NCBI GenBank assembly: GCA_003644295.1 | Contig: QNBZ01000001.1 | Location: forward strand, 1-26,938 | Reading direction: 5' to 3' | DNA length: 26,938 nt | Source: Planctomycetota bacterium | Lineage (GTDB): Bacteria; Planctomycetota; Phycisphaerae; Sedimentisphaerales; Anaerobacaceae | Shown here: positions 18,776 to 25,820 of the stretch, in pieces | How the letters are laid out: each line of letters opens with the position of its first letter | Numbering within the stretch: position 1 is the first letter of the stretch | Notes under the pieces: model-generated | What the model saw: the letters and a program-made list of their open reading frames with translations, nothing else | What the model was told of the DNA's origin: nothing | Database searches by the model: none | Position numbers and translations under genes: made by a program

Positions 18776-19222
18776 TTACGACGCGTCTGTTATATATCCA
18801 TTGGAGTAGGTCACATTATATGGGTCCATCACTGTAAAGTCGATAGACGCCTCTGATATCGTATCTGCATCGCCTATTGATATGTCATAACCAGTAATCT
18901 GGCATGAGACGAAGTACCAGCGGAGAGAGCCATCAGACACGCAACCAGATATTTGGACGTATTCTGATTCTACGATACTCTTGAGAGAGTCTGCAGCACC
19001 GGAAGCAGCAAACTTACAATTCGTGAAAGAACCTTCAACGGAAAGACCGCCTATTTTGAAGTAGTTACCAGGCATTCCAACGAGCTCCTGTTCAACTGTA
19101 TCTCTCGAAAATGTTAAGGAGAAATCAGATATTCCCCAGAGTTGGTGCCCTTTATTTGGCAAATCTCCGGCAGATGTGGCGATGTAGATTTTTGCGTCCT
19201 TTCCGCTAACTATTCCTGCCAT
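18776..19222 (-). CDS. Tail tube (major tail) protein paralog 1, 148 aa
   Basis: Begins MAGIVSGKDAKIYI (typical GxxA tube start); GISDFSLTFSRDTVE; follows the terminator gene; ATG 19222 with AGGTGA upstream. Confidence 0.85.
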   Translation of the reverse strand: MAGIVSGKDAKIYIATSAGDLPNKGHQLWGISDFSLTFSRDTVEQELVGMPGNYFKIGGLSVEGSFTNCKFAASGAADSLKSIVESEYVQISGCVSDGSLRWYFVSCQITGYDISIGDADTISEASIDFTVMDPYNVTYSNGYITDAS

Positions 19223-19227
19223 ATTAT

Positions 19228-19233
19228 TCACCT
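19228..19233 (-). promoter_or_regulatory. Shine-Dalgarno AGGTGA (GGTGA type) for tail tube 1
   Basis: GGAGTAGGTGA-ATAAT-ATG. Confidence 0.6.
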
Positions 19234-19256
19234 ACTCCATCAACATTGACATACAT

Positions 19257-19661
19257 TCAATCTTCATTAAATTTGACTCTGGTCCATGTAACAATTTTTC
19301 TATATGCGTTGATACTGTCTTCATAGGTGTCGACATCAGCGGTCTTATAATATATACCATCCGCATTGAAGAGAATCTCGCGAATTCTATCTGCTATCTG
19401 AAGAGTTTGCTTTCGAGATTCATCGGAGAATATGTTTATTTGCCAACTTATTCTTTCTTCCCATAATCTCTGACCGCTAGGTGCCGTTGCATATCCTAGA
19501 GAAGCTGAGTCTTCACCTCCAACTTGGACAATAACTATGCAGGGATATGATGTTGGAGCTTTTGTCCATCCAACTATTATGTTTTCTGGATTTACCATTT
19601 GAGTTAACTCTGTATCAGATATCAGCAAATTCCTTAACTCAACGTCTGCTGCCAGCGACAT
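19257..19661 (-). CDS. Tail terminator (SPP1 gp17 / DUF3168-like), ~134 aa
   Basis: LRNLLISD...YPCIVI...WQINIFS...IADRIREIL pattern and position before the tail tube; ATG 19661 preferred to TTG 19667. Confidence 0.8.
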   Translation of the reverse strand: MSLAADVELRNLLISDTELTQMVNPENIIVGWTKAPTSYPCIVIVQVGGEDSASLGYATAPSGQRLWEERISWQINIFSDESRKQTLQIADRIREILFNADGIYYKTADVDTYEDSINAYRKIVTWTRVKFNED

Positions 19662-19663
19662 CT

Positions 19664-20203
19664 TCAAAGCATAGAATATATTATACGTCGCAAAGACGAT
19701 GCAATTACATCTCTAATTTGCTTGCGATTCTTCCTTCCGCTTATGGCATTTGTGAGATAGTGATATCCACTCTGCAAACGTACCATAGCTCTGAACGCAA
19801 CTATAGCTCCCTGCTCTTTGCCTATTGGCCATCCACGATATATTCCACCACGTCTAGGCTCTGCAGCACCAGTTCCCAGAGAAATTTTTATTGGACGTGT
19901 AGAAATAATGGCCCATCCTGGTCTACCAAATTCAACAATTGCTGCATGTTTAGATGTAAACTTAAGCTCTGCTACAGCTCTTGTCGCTTTAGGAGTAGCA
20001 ACAATTCTCTTTGATTCTTCTATTGGGTCTGTTGACTGTCCATATGTTCTCGCTTTCTCTCGAAGATTTTGAAGAGCAATGTCAGCCGTCTTTTCTGCAC
20101 CGTCAATTGCAGCATAAATTGACTGAGTCTTTAAGATATTAAGAAATTTGCGAGATTTGTTGTAGATTGTATCAAATCCCTTAAATTCAACCCTCAATCT
20201 CAC
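19664..20203 (-). CDS. HK97 gp10-like tail completion / neck protein, 179 aa
   Basis: Basic protein with HAAIVEFGR and YLTNAI motifs, located between closure and terminator genes; GTG start. Confidence 0.7.
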   Translation of the reverse strand: MRLRVEFKGFDTIYNKSRKFLNILKTQSIYAAIDGAEKTADIALQNLREKARTYGQSTDPIEESKRIVATPKATRAVAELKFTSKHAAIVEFGRPGWAIISTRPIKISLGTGAAEPRRGGIYRGWPIGKEQGAIVAFRAMVRLQSGYHYLTNAISGRKNRKQIRDVIASSLRRIIYSML

Positions 20204-20507
20204 GTAATATCACCGTTTTATGATGATGAGATGAATCTGAATATACAGCAAGAACTTCAAGAGTCTTATTTCCCCAAATTAATCTATCTTTCTCAGTAAT
20301 GGACGCAGATGATGGAAGAAAGCCCTTATATCTGGCATGCTCATATTCGCCGGATAATGTGAGACGCTCCTCAATGGTTATTGGTACAATTCTAGCTTCT
20401 ATGCTGCTTCCAGAACTCCATGAGTATATACGTTCGCCAAGCTCATTAATTGTCGGTGTTCTTGAAAGAATTGTTACAGTCGTGTTCAATAAGGATTTGA
20501 ACGTCAT
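20187..20507 (-). CDS. Head-closure (stopper, SPP1 gp16-like) protein, 106 aa
   Basis: LLNTTVTIL...NELGE...W...ARI...ITEKDRLIWGNKTLEVLAV...HHKTVILRE pattern. Confidence 0.85.
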   Translation of the reverse strand: MTFKSLLNTTVTILSRTPTINELGERIYSWSSGSSIEARIVPITIEERLTLSGEYEHARYKGFLPSSASITEKDRLIWGNKTLEVLAVYSDSSHHHKTVILREIEG

Positions 20508-20531
20508 AGAGAAATGGTGAGAAGTGAAACA

Positions 20532-20948
20532 TTAAGACTCATTTGAGAGCCTAATCTTCCAAACAGGAGATATTGAATTCAATATGTCGAGAGCGATTTG
20601 CTCCCACGTTTTTGCAATCTCATACGGAGAAACTTTGGTTCTGCTTCTAGGAGAGGAAGCAGCAATTTTGTAAGAGTAGTCACCAAGTTTTTCAGAATCA
20701 ATAGTGAGATAATCTTTGGCGAGTGCAGGAGAATAGATAAGTTTGGACGCTACTAAGAGGAGAATTGGAACCTTAACTTTATCTGCTGGCGGCGTCTTGC
20801 CGCCGAAATATGCATTAATCACAAACTCCTCAACGGCTTGGATTTTTAGGAGTATTTCAGCTTTTGATACTTTATCATAAGGTATTGGCGGTGTAAAGAA
20901 AGTACGAACATCCGCTTCGCTAACAAATTTAGGGGTGTAGTCAACCAT
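20532..20948 (-). CDS. Head-tail adaptor (SPP1 gp15 / HK97 gp6-like), ~138 aa
   Basis: FVSEADVR start, helical core, SEKLGDYSY motif; ATG 20948 with AGGTGA at 20959-20954. Confidence 0.8.
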   Translation of the reverse strand: MVDYTPKFVSEADVRTFFTPPIPYDKVSKAEILLKIQAVEEFVINAYFGGKTPPADKVKVPILLLVASKLIYSPALAKDYLTIDSEKLGDYSYKIAASSPRSRTKVSPYEIAKTWEQIALDILNSISPVWKIRLSNES

Positions 20949-20949
20949 A

Positions 20950-21189
20950 TCAATCACCTATCCAAGGTAATGTCCTAATGTCTATAACTTTTCGCCTACC
21001 AGATGTCGGAAACGGGAATTGTTTTATTTTGTATGTGCTTGGCTTCGTTCGTCCACCGCCTTTGGGGAAGGATATCTCAAGGTATTCAAGTTCTTCTTCA
21101 TCAAATTTTCTTCTATCCTTTAATGCTTTCCTTCGCTTTTCTTCGTAGCTTTTCTTCATCCAAGCCTCGGAGCCTTTACCAGTAAGCAT
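20950..21189 (-). CDS. Small basic hypothetical protein between capsid and adaptor, ~79 aa
   Basis: Lys/Arg-rich ORF (EEKRRKALKDRRK); start at ATG 21189 or 21225 uncertain. Confidence 0.7.
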   Translation of the reverse strand: MLTGKGSEAWMKKSYEEKRRKALKDRRKFDEEELEYLEISFPKGGGRTKPSTYKIKQFPFPTSGRRKVIDIRTLPWIGD

Positions 21190-21262
21190 ATTATGGTTGG
21201 ACGGAATAACATATATCACATACATGAATCACAGCCTAATAGGCTTAGCCGTATCATCCTGA

Positions 21263-22240
21263 CTACTTCGCGAGTATTCTTACTCCAGCCTTGTCGTCCA
21301 CTACTGCAACTCCATATCTCATGGTACACGATATACCGAGCAGGTCGTGTATTGGGTCATCATATTGTTCTATTGTTATATCTCTCCTCATTGCTATGAA
21401 GGCAGCATTCTTGGAATCGAGAACCAATGCATAGTAGTGGTTGTCCGCATCTGTACCATCCCAAGAGTATGTGAATCCGCTTTCAGTTGTAACCGACAGA
21501 GTGTATGGTCTCAGGCCAAGAATTCTCGGCAGTTCTCCAGTCTCGAGGGTTCTGCCCTGACCAGCATATGCAACGTAAACCAAGTTGCTGTCTTTAAGTA
21601 GCTGACCCTCTGCAATTGGATGGGTTATCAGTGTGTCAGGCAGTCTGCCCTCAGACTCAACAAGAGCTCTTGCAGTTGCTAAATCTGTGACTGACAAAGC
21701 AGTACCAGCTGGGTCGACATCCGTGATGCCATCAAGGTCCTTGAGTATTGCCTGGAGACAATCTCTGTTCAGTTTGTTCTCTAATCTGGCACCAGCCTTC
21801 TTCAGCTCGAGCTCAACGACGTCGAAGAGGGCATCCTCAATCAGTTCGTTTGTGATGAGTGGTCTTGTACCTATCTTCTTGATTGTAATGTCAGTCTTCG
21901 CATAAGAAGTTGTATCAATCGGTATCTCAGCTCCCTCAGCTATATCTTCTGCGTATGCATTACCCTGAGATGTGACGACTCTGACGGAGTAGGAATCCGT
22001 CTTTATAACTGGAAGAACATCTCTGAAGCATTTGTATGGCTCAGCGCCTTCGACTACCGTCTTATGAACCTCTTCCTGCAGAAGAGTCGTCTCGGAGATT
22101 GAATCAGACTGCAAAAGTGTCTTATATGTCTTGGAGTCTTTACCGCCAAGGTCGTGAATCACATGCGGGTTATTCAGGAGTCTCTTCCTCTCTGAGTTGC
22201 CAGCGTATGCAAGCTGGAGCAATCTTGTCAGCTTACTCAT
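21263..22240 (-). CDS. Major capsid protein, HK97 fold, ~325 aa
   Basis: IAEGAEIP, TIKKIGTRPLITNELIEDALFDVVELEL, LENKLNRDCL, ITIEQYDDP...SCTMRYGVAVVD motifs; ATG 22240 preferred to TTG 22249. Confidence 0.93.
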   Translation of the reverse strand: MSKLTRLLQLAYAGNSERKRLLNNPHVIHDLGGKDSKTYKTLLQSDSISETTLLQEEVHKTVVEGAEPYKCFRDVLPVIKTDSYSVRVVTSQGNAYAEDIAEGAEIPIDTTSYAKTDITIKKIGTRPLITNELIEDALFDVVELELKKAGARLENKLNRDCLQAILKDLDGITDVDPAGTALSVTDLATARALVESEGRLPDTLITHPIAEGQLLKDSNLVYVAYAGQGRTLETGELPRILGLRPYTLSVTTESGFTYSWDGTDADNHYYALVLDSKNAAFIAMRRDITIEQYDDPIHDLLGISCTMRYGVAVVDDKAGVRILAK

Positions 22241-22295
22241 ATATATCAAACGTCTTTCAAAACATCTTTACATACATACATTAGATGAGAGGAAC

Positions 22296-22676
22296 TTAAA
22301 TGAGAAGCACCTTACCCACGCCAGGGTTGCTAGATGGTGCCTCCACAACGATTCCACAGTTTCTTCCGGTACTATCTCCGGAAAGATAACCTTCCTTGTA
22401 GGCACCGACTGTTGCTCCTACGGATGGTATGCTCGAACCTGATATACCGCATCTAACTATGTTCCCTGCACAGTAAATAGCAACCATCTCGCCATCAGAT
22501 GCATCGTAGTCCGCAATGCCAATTGCATCCTGATTTCCGGCAGACGTAGCTGCTACTGTATTATCGTCTACAAGCCTTACAGCCTGTCCCTTCTCAATAG
22601 AGCCGGATGCCTTGAAGGAAAATGCAAATGTTCCGAGCTGTATACCTATGTCATCATCTATTGTTATAAACGCCAT
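22296..22676 (-). CDS. Head decoration / cement protein (DUF2190-like), 126 aa
   Basis: FSFKASGSIEKGQAV...AIGIADYDASDGEMVAI pattern, directly upstream of the capsid gene. Confidence 0.75.
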   Translation of the reverse strand: MAFITIDDDIGIQLGTFAFSFKASGSIEKGQAVRLVDDNTVAATSAGNQDAIGIADYDASDGEMVAIYCAGNIVRCGISGSSIPSVGATVGAYKEGYLSGDSTGRNCGIVVEAPSSNPGVGKVLLI

Positions 22677-22686
22677 ATTCGCTTAT

Positions 22687-22692
22687 CCTCCT
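22687..22692 (-). promoter_or_regulatory. Shine-Dalgarno AGGAGG for the decoration gene
   Basis: AAAGGAGG 10 nt upstream of ATG 22676. Confidence 0.65.
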
Positions 22693-22730
22693 TTCTTTCC
22701 AACATTAGCGACATATCTAAGATATACTGC

Positions 22731-24449
22731 TTAACATCTATATATCGTGCCGTGCTTTATAACAATATCTGAGTACTCTTCTTCCTCTTCTTCATCCTCT
22801 GACTTATTGATTGTCTCCGGTGGTTTCTCTGCTTTTTCGAGAGCCTCCAATCTCTTCTGCAGTGCATTTATCTGGTCATCCTTTGCTTTAATCTCAAGTT
22901 TTAATTGCTCAATCTCCTTTGCCTTCTCGCTATCGCTTTTAAATGCTTCGTATTTCTCCCAAAGGTCATCAATAGCCTTGACAACAACTTCATGCCACTC
23001 TGCCTTGGTTGGATATGGGTACTTCGATGGGTAAGGATAGCTTGTCGGATATGGGTAAGGATACGGATAATTGCTCCTGCGAAGGTTTGCAACCATATCA
23101 AGAATAGTCTGCAGCTTTGCCTTCGTACTGTCACTCTTTACTTCATCAATTAATTTTGTAAGCGCATCAACAATAGCCCCGACTAATCCACCCTGCTTTT
23201 CGGTTGTCTCTTCACCTTCCTTATCCTCGTCTTCCTGCTTCTCTTCAACAGTCTCTTCTTCCTTTACTTCCTCTTTCGTTTCTTCTTCCTCTTCTTTGGT
23301 TTTACTGTTGACAAGCTCAGATACAATCTTTGTGAGGCTCTCCAACTTTCTCTCTATTTCTTCTTTCCAAGTCTCAATGTCCTCTGTTTCCGTTTTCTCT
23401 TCGCTGACTGTCTCTGTCTGCTCTTCGGTGTTGCACTCTTCATCTTTTACGACACCAGTCTCCAATATGTCTTCAGTCATATTCTCATTTGTCTTCTCAC
23501 ATCCACATACATCTTCTGATTTAGATATCACTATAAAGCCTGAAAGAGGATTAGCTGGAGATTCGCAAACTGAAACCTCATAGATGTTAATCTTATCAAT
23601 TACTGTATAACATTGGTTCTCGTCACACTCTCTATGCGAAAGCAATGCTTCTCCAGCTATAGAAAATGAATTCAATTTACCTTTCAGAATATCTTCCCAA
23701 ACCCTATTTGCTATCTCTAAATCGTCTCTTATTTCTGCAACTATGAAAAGACCCTTATCATCTACATGAGTCTTTAAATTGCCGTATTCTCTAAGGATTC
23801 GGCCAATTTGTATATTCTGATGCTTGACCATAACGTTGGCATAGAACTCATCATTTAAGAGGGTTTTAATTGCATCCTTAAGAACTTCAACTGGAATAAT
23901 TTCATTATCCTTATCAACTATAGCTACGGATGCATAACCTGCAATAATTCTTCGTGACTTCTTTGCTTTGCCATTCGACATGACTCTAAAGTTTCCTTGC
24001 AAATCAAAATGAATGCCATTAGACTTTGACATATGAACAATCTGTGGATTCTTGATTGGAATGAATGTTTCTTCGTATATGGGGACATAAGAAGTAAAGG
24101 GGCCTGCTGATGTATAATGAATGGAAACGTATTTAGGTACCTCATCATATGGAACTCCAAGAATGTCTGCAAACATTCTGTATATTCTGAAGTCAAAAGC
24201 CATCCTCTGCTCTGGAGACCAATCTTCTCCGCGAACAACAATGTCTATATCGTTATTGCTCTCACCATGAACTGCGAGAGAGCCAACAATATATGCAACT
24301 GGCTTTCTAACTGAGAATGGCTTCAACTTATTAAGTATATCTTTAAGCTTTATCTTTTTTCCTTTGTCGCCACGTCCTGAGGGAGGAACTGGAGCGTATT
24401 CTAACTCACCGAGTTGAGATAGCGTTTTCAACTCCTTAGTTTCAATCAT
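22731..24449 (-). CDS. Fusion: Pol-beta-superfamily nucleotidyltransferase-like domain + HK97 prohead protease + acidic coiled-coil scaffold, ~572 aa
   Basis: YIVGSLAVHGESNNDIDIVV (GS...DxD); IIAGYASVAIVDKDNEII, MVKHQ, NSFSIAG, IYEVSVCESPANP (His/Ser protease); Glu-rich helical C-terminus. ATG 24449 forms an ATGA overlap with the upstream stop. Confidence 0.88.
   Translation of the reverse strand: MIETKELKTLSQLGELEYAPVPPSGRGDKGKKIKLKDILNKLKPFSVRKPVAYIVGSLAVHGESNNDIDIVVRGEDWSPEQRMAFDFRIYRMFADILGVPYDEVPKYVSIHYTSAGPFTSYVPIYEETFIPIKNPQIVHMSKSNGIHFDLQGNFRVMSNGKAKKSRRIIAGYASVAIVDKDNEIIPVEVLKDAIKTLLNDEFYANVMVKHQNIQIGRILREYGNLKTHVDDKGLFIVAEIRDDLEIANRVWEDILKGKLNSFSIAGEALLSHRECDENQCYTVIDKINIYEVSVCESPANPLSGFIVISKSEDVCGCEKTNENMTEDILETGVVKDEECNTEEQTETVSEEKTETEDIETWKEEIERKLESLTKIVSELVNSKTKEEEEETKEEVKEEETVEEKQEDEDKEGEETTEKQGGLVGAIVDALTKLIDEVKSDSTKAKLQTILDMVANLRRSNYPYPYPYPTSYPYPSKYPYPTKAEWHEVVVKAIDDLWEKYEAFKSDSEKAKEIEQLKLEIKAKDDQINALQKRLEALEKAEKPPETINKSEDEEEEEEYSDIVIKHGTIYRC
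23010..23069 (-). repeat. Tyr-Pro repeat (YPYPYPYPTSYPYPSKYPYP) in the scaffold region
   Basis: Direct translation; eight YP dipeptides in 20 aa. Confidence 0.9.
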
Positions 24450-24739
24450 GCTCCTAAGATTATTTTCCCGACTAGTCCTAGAAGGAAGACGAACATTACT
24501 CCAAGTAGCCAATAGAGAATTGAAACCTTCATTTTAACGGCGGATATGTCGGATATAAGGTCTTTTATAACACCACTTCGCATCGAATTTACCGCAGCCC
24601 ATATCTCATCAGTCTTGCTGTCGATTTTATCCTCTAGACTTCTTATTCTTACTGATAGTTCATCTTCATTCTTATTTATCGATTCTAAGGTAGCAAGCAC
24701 TCTACCATAGAATTCACGAAAGTTTTCTTCCAGCGTCAT
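24446..24739 (-). CDS. Coiled-coil protein with a C-terminal transmembrane helix, 97 aa
   Basis: Heptad-like N-terminal 70 aa then ILYWLLGVMFVFLLGLVGKII. Confidence 0.8.
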   Translation of the reverse strand: MTLEENFREFYGRVLATLESINKNEDELSVRIRSLEDKIDSKTDEIWAAVNSMRSGVIKDLISDISAVKMKVSILYWLLGVMFVFLLGLVGKIILGA

Positions 24740-24744
24740 AATCC

Positions 24745-24819
24745 TTATTTCGTAAGCTCTTTAAGAATTTTAAAATACAGAATTTTAAGTTCTTCTATTG
24801 CTTTCCCGACTCCATTCAT
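24745..24819 (-). CDS. 24-aa micro-ORF MNGVGKAIEELKILYFKILKELTK
   Basis: Not in the ORF track. ATG overlaps the upstream TGA (ATGA) and its TAA lies 5 nt before the next ATG, exactly filling the gap. Confidence 0.55.
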   Translation of the reverse strand: MNGVGKAIEELKILYFKILKELTK

Positions 24820-25820
24820 GGTTTACATGACAGCTTTTCAGAAAACTTCTCTACAGACATTTCTCTATATGCTTCTCTTCCGAATTTATCGAGCTCTTCA
24901 GCTTTTATTGGATAGTAATGGCCACAATCGGCATGGAGTATTGAATCCATTGGATAAGGGTCATCGTATGCCTTCCAAACCCACCAGCGTTTATCTTTCC
25001 CAGCTCTAAAGCATCTAATTATGAAACGGCCATTAAAGAGTTCTTGATTACGCTTAGGCATGTCCGTGCTTGGATAGAGGAAATATTCATGCAAATCAGG
25101 TCTCTGAACTCCTGCTTTCACCTTACCAAGCCAAATCGCACACATATATGCATTTTTGTATGCGGTGGCACCTACGTCTCCAGCTTCAATGATATACGAT
25201 TTATCAAAGAGGACATATTTCTCTATTAGTTTTGCATCCTCGGGACCAATAATCAAGTCTTCCTTTGCTTTAACCGCCTGAGTAGGTTCCAACGCCGATG
25301 GCTTGACAATTGCAAGTCCTTTTGATGCATTACCTGTCTTTGGGTCCCTCCGACCTATAATTGTATCGAAGTAATCCGGAATATGGTCTTGAGTGATTAC
25401 CCATTGAACGAAGGAATTCTTGAACTTCATTCTCAAATCCACATGAATCGAGTGACCTTGAATTAATTTTGCAAAGGACAACTTACCCTCAAGATATTTC
25501 TTAGTATCGTCTAAATTAAGTCCGCGAATATGCATCTGTGCCCAAGCAATGCCTTCGTCGTAGTCAACATAGCATATCTTTGGAAGCGGCTCCAATTCCT
25601 TCTTCAATTTTTCATAGATATCTTCTGGAATATGCTTGAGAGATAGCCATTCGCAAACATCTTCTTTTGTAATAGCTTTATCCTTGAGTATTTTACGCCA
25701 AGTGTCTGGCACCGCATCTGAATAATAGAGTTTGGTGTACTCGGCCAATGAGAGATTCTCAAGTGAAGATGAGTCTACAAATTGAAGAGAGCCATCTGGA
25801 TATTCAACTAAGACGCGCAT
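24816..25820 (-). CDS. LigD-type 3'-phosphoesterase (PE)-like protein with N-terminal extension, ~334 aa
   Basis: AQMH...HSIHVDLRMKF...QW matches the PE QxH...HxDxR..W metal/phosphate motif; C-terminal VGAT...IWLG...FNGRFIIR...RWWVWK parallels LigD YGAG.V.IWD.G...L.G.W.L...WLLIK. Confidence 0.75.
   Translation of the reverse strand: MRVLVEYPDGSLQFVDSSSLENLSLAEYTKLYYSDAVPDTWRKILKDKAITKEDVCEWLSLKHIPEDIYEKLKKELEPLPKICYVDYDEGIAWAQMHIRGLNLDDTKKYLEGKLSFAKLIQGHSIHVDLRMKFKNSFVQWVITQDHIPDYFDTIIGRRDPKTGNASKGLAIVKPSALEPTQAVKAKEDLIIGPEDAKLIEKYVLFDKSYIIEAGDVGATAYKNAYMCAIWLGKVKAGVQRPDLHEYFLYPSTDMPKRNQELFNGRFIIRCFRAGKDKRWWVWKAYDDPYPMDSILHADCGHYYPIKAEELDKFGREAYREMSVEKFSEKLSCKP

Noticed and set aside
22713-22725. 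ATATCT-N-AGATAT palindrome, with a similar pair at 6850-6867
   Set aside because: AT-rich 6-bp arms with different spacers (1 versus 6 nt); consistent with chance.
22747-23583. Plus-strand Ser/Phe-rich ORFs of 95-170 aa
   Set aside because: Antisense shadows of the Glu/Lys-rich scaffold.
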